DNA from: Chiloscyllium plagiosum
Taxonomy: Eukaryota
Length of the DNA: 64,000 bases
Assembly (NCBI RefSeq): GCF_004010195.1
Contig: NC_057760.1
Coordinates: forward strand, 4,330,522 to 4,394,521
Direction: 5' to 3'
Shown piece by piece: positions 61,841 through 64,000 of the stretch. Under the pieces are notes generated by a model. That model saw only the letters and a list, made by a program, of their open reading frames with translations, did not search any database and was not told the origin of the DNA. The position numbers and the translations under genes are program-made. Each line of letters begins with the position of its first letter. Position 1 is the stretch's first letter.

Positions 61841-62072
61841 GTCCGTTCATTCATTCATTTTTTCTGCTTGATTTTCCCAACATGCTGATGGCTGAAGAAG
61901 TCATTCTCCATTTATTGACAATGGAGTGCCAGAGTGGGGGCAGTGAGCACAGTGGACTAAAGGAACTGAATTGTTTGTATGTCTTGACTTCCCTCCATTG
62001 AAGGGTGGTAGGGGCACAATGAGGAACCATCACCACTTCTTGATTCTTATTTTGACATTTTTTTGTCCGCAG

Positions 62073-62237
62073 TGATCCCAACAATAAGGCAGAATCGACA
62101 CAGTCTTGCTGGGCCACAGTTTGTGGGGTCACGGCAGGAGGCTGCAGATCGAGTTCCTGTACGAAGGAGCAACACCATGCCACCCAACCTGGGCAATGCT
62201 GGAATTCTGGGAAAGCTGCTGGAACAGCGAGGGAACG
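62073..62237 (+). CDS. SHKBP1: SHKBP1 exon 7 ([17 protein letters not shown]...[27 protein letters not shown])
   Basis: ccgcag|TG ... G|gtgggt, phase 1/1. NRHSL.GPQ and [16 protein letters not shown] are SHKBP1 motifs that I do not recall in KCTD3. Confidence 0.93.
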
Positions 62238-63328
62238 GTGGGTGCAGGGTCACACACTACGTGAACACTATTTCAGAAGTCTGTCAACAAGTCTCTGCAA
62301 CTCCTCCTCTGTTCCCAAAATGTTGGTCCTGAGGCCAAGAAGGCCCTTGCTCGATTATGACCTTTGACCTTGGCAGTCGGGACTCTGCTGGAACTGAATT
62401 TCATGCCTGAACTATTGGGGTAGAAATAGGGTGTAAGTGTGCAACTCTGTGCCTGGTGATATTGGCTGGGAATGATTGAGAAATGAAGGCTGGTATTTGG
62501 AGGAGGGATTCAAAAGCAGCATTGCCATTATCATTGCCACTCGGTTTAAAAGCAGCAAGGGATCCAAGTGGCTGTAATCCCAGAGGTACATGGGCTGCTC
62601 GCTTGTTAGAGAAGGTTGACTGTTGTGAGTTTAACCAGAGGCACAAGGCAAAGAAGATGGTCCCTTTACAGTGATCTCAGCTGGTATTGGAATTGGCCCT
62701 GTTGGTGTTACTCTGCATCACAGCCACCAAGCCTAATTGATCCCATGAAGCTGTTTGTACTTCAGTCTCAGAGGAATGAATATTATGAAAGTTACCAGAC
62801 AATACACCTTCTGGTTATTGATTAACTCTCAAGGCTTGTATCACCAGCAAGGTCTGTATTTTGTTGTTGCCTTTGTGAGTGTCTATCTGTAGTCTGTGGT
62901 TGTCGACACCCATAGCCCCGACTGAGAGTAAGTTTTGAGCTTGACAAAGTAACAGAAGGAACTGGAGGATGGTATGCAACTGTGAACTGGAGGTTGTGGG
63001 GGATGGGCTGCTGTCCTTGTCGAAAAGCATTACATTTGGGTTGGAGCCTTTTGGCCAGGGCTGGTGGTGGTGCTCACTACATCTGGTTAAAATTCTCTCA
63101 TGCATAGATCTTTTAGAATTGTATTGAACTCGGTGCAGCACAGGGATGGGAGCAGGAGTTCTCCCAGGATGCGCTTAACAATTCCCAAATCACCAGTGGG
63201 AGTTGCTTACTGGAATGAATAAAGATGTGATCAGAAGGAATGTTCCAGCTCTGAAACTGGATGCACTCAGCTGGTTATATGGAGCGAGTTCACCCTGGGC
63301 ACTAAGTGTTTCCTTCCCCTTGGTACAG

Positions 63329-63419
63329 GTTCGATAGCCAATCCTGGGATGGTGCGGATTGTCCGAGGACATCACAACTGGATTGCAGTGGTCTACACCC
63401 AATTTGTGGTGTGTTACAG
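63329..63419 (+). CDS. SHKBP1: SHKBP1 exon 8 ([31 protein letters not shown]), start of the WD40 region
   Basis: gtacag|GT ... AG|gtgagt; 91 bp, phase 1/2; [21 protein letters not shown] motif. Confidence 0.95.
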
Positions 63420-64000
63420 GTGAGTGTGCAAAACCCAAATTGAGTGTCACTTAGTGTACCTTGTAATTGCCTCAGCTTTCCTCTTTGGCTTCGAATGGCC
63501 TTTCAGCCCATTGCGTCAGTACGGTCAAAACTCTGTTAAATTTACTCTAGCCCCACTTTCCAGCAATTGGCCCAAAGCCTTGAATGTTGTGACATTAAGT
63601 GTTCATCCAAGTACTTATAAAAAGTTGTAAAGTTTCCATCTTGCCTTCCCTTCCAGATGGTGCATTCCAGATCCCCACACTCCCCTCGATGAGAGGGATT
63701 TCCTGACATCCCCTTAAACCTCCTGCCTTCTTTAAAGTGATGCCCCCTTGTTATTTTCCCTTTATCTAGGCGGAACAGTTGCTTCCTGTTCACTCTGTTC
63801 ATGTCATCTTATAGACCTCTGAGGTTCTGCCTGGTATAAAGAAAACAACACTGTTGGGGGATTCCTTGCTTTTAGGGAAGGTGGAGGAGAGGAAGACCCT
63901 ACTCTGTGAGGGGCAACCTCTTCTCCATTTCTTTCTCTCCGCCACCCCCCCCCCCCAAAAAAAAACCCCAGCATAAGGCCTGACTATCTGAGGTCAGGAT

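Noticed and set aside
42816..63419. Calling the BTB/WD40 gene KCTD3
   Set aside because: Some residues are KCTD3-like (LRHEAEFYGI, LFHGY), but [40 protein letters not shown] and PGMVR match SHKBP1.

Overview
Vertebrate genomic DNA. The repeat families (HE1-type SINEs, CR1-type LINEs, Penelope-like elements) suggest a shark, probably a bamboo/carpet shark; this is an inference. Two spliced genes lie head-to-head with start codons about 16 kb apart. Minus strand: coding exons 1-5 of a Jagged/Serrate-family Notch ligand (26649 to 3954; signal peptide, C2/MNNL, DSL, start of EGF1), continuing past the window start. Plus strand: coding exons 1-8 of SHKBP1 (42816 to 63419; BTB/POZ domain and start of the WD40 region), continuing past the window end. 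All exons were rebuilt by hand from GT-AG sites with consistent phases; most are missing from the ORF track. The rest is mostly nested retroelements: CR1 LINEs (two near full length), SINEs, two solo LTRs of one family and many Penelope-like fragments. Main leads: (1) the Jagged gene is divergent and sits next to SHKBP1, so it may be a third vertebrate Jagged ohnolog rather than JAG1 or JAG2; (2) three Penelope-like families carry minimal hammerhead ribozyme-like cores; (3) four retroelement junctions contain copies of nearby locus-specific DNA. No database searches were possible, so orthology and family names come from recalled sequences.
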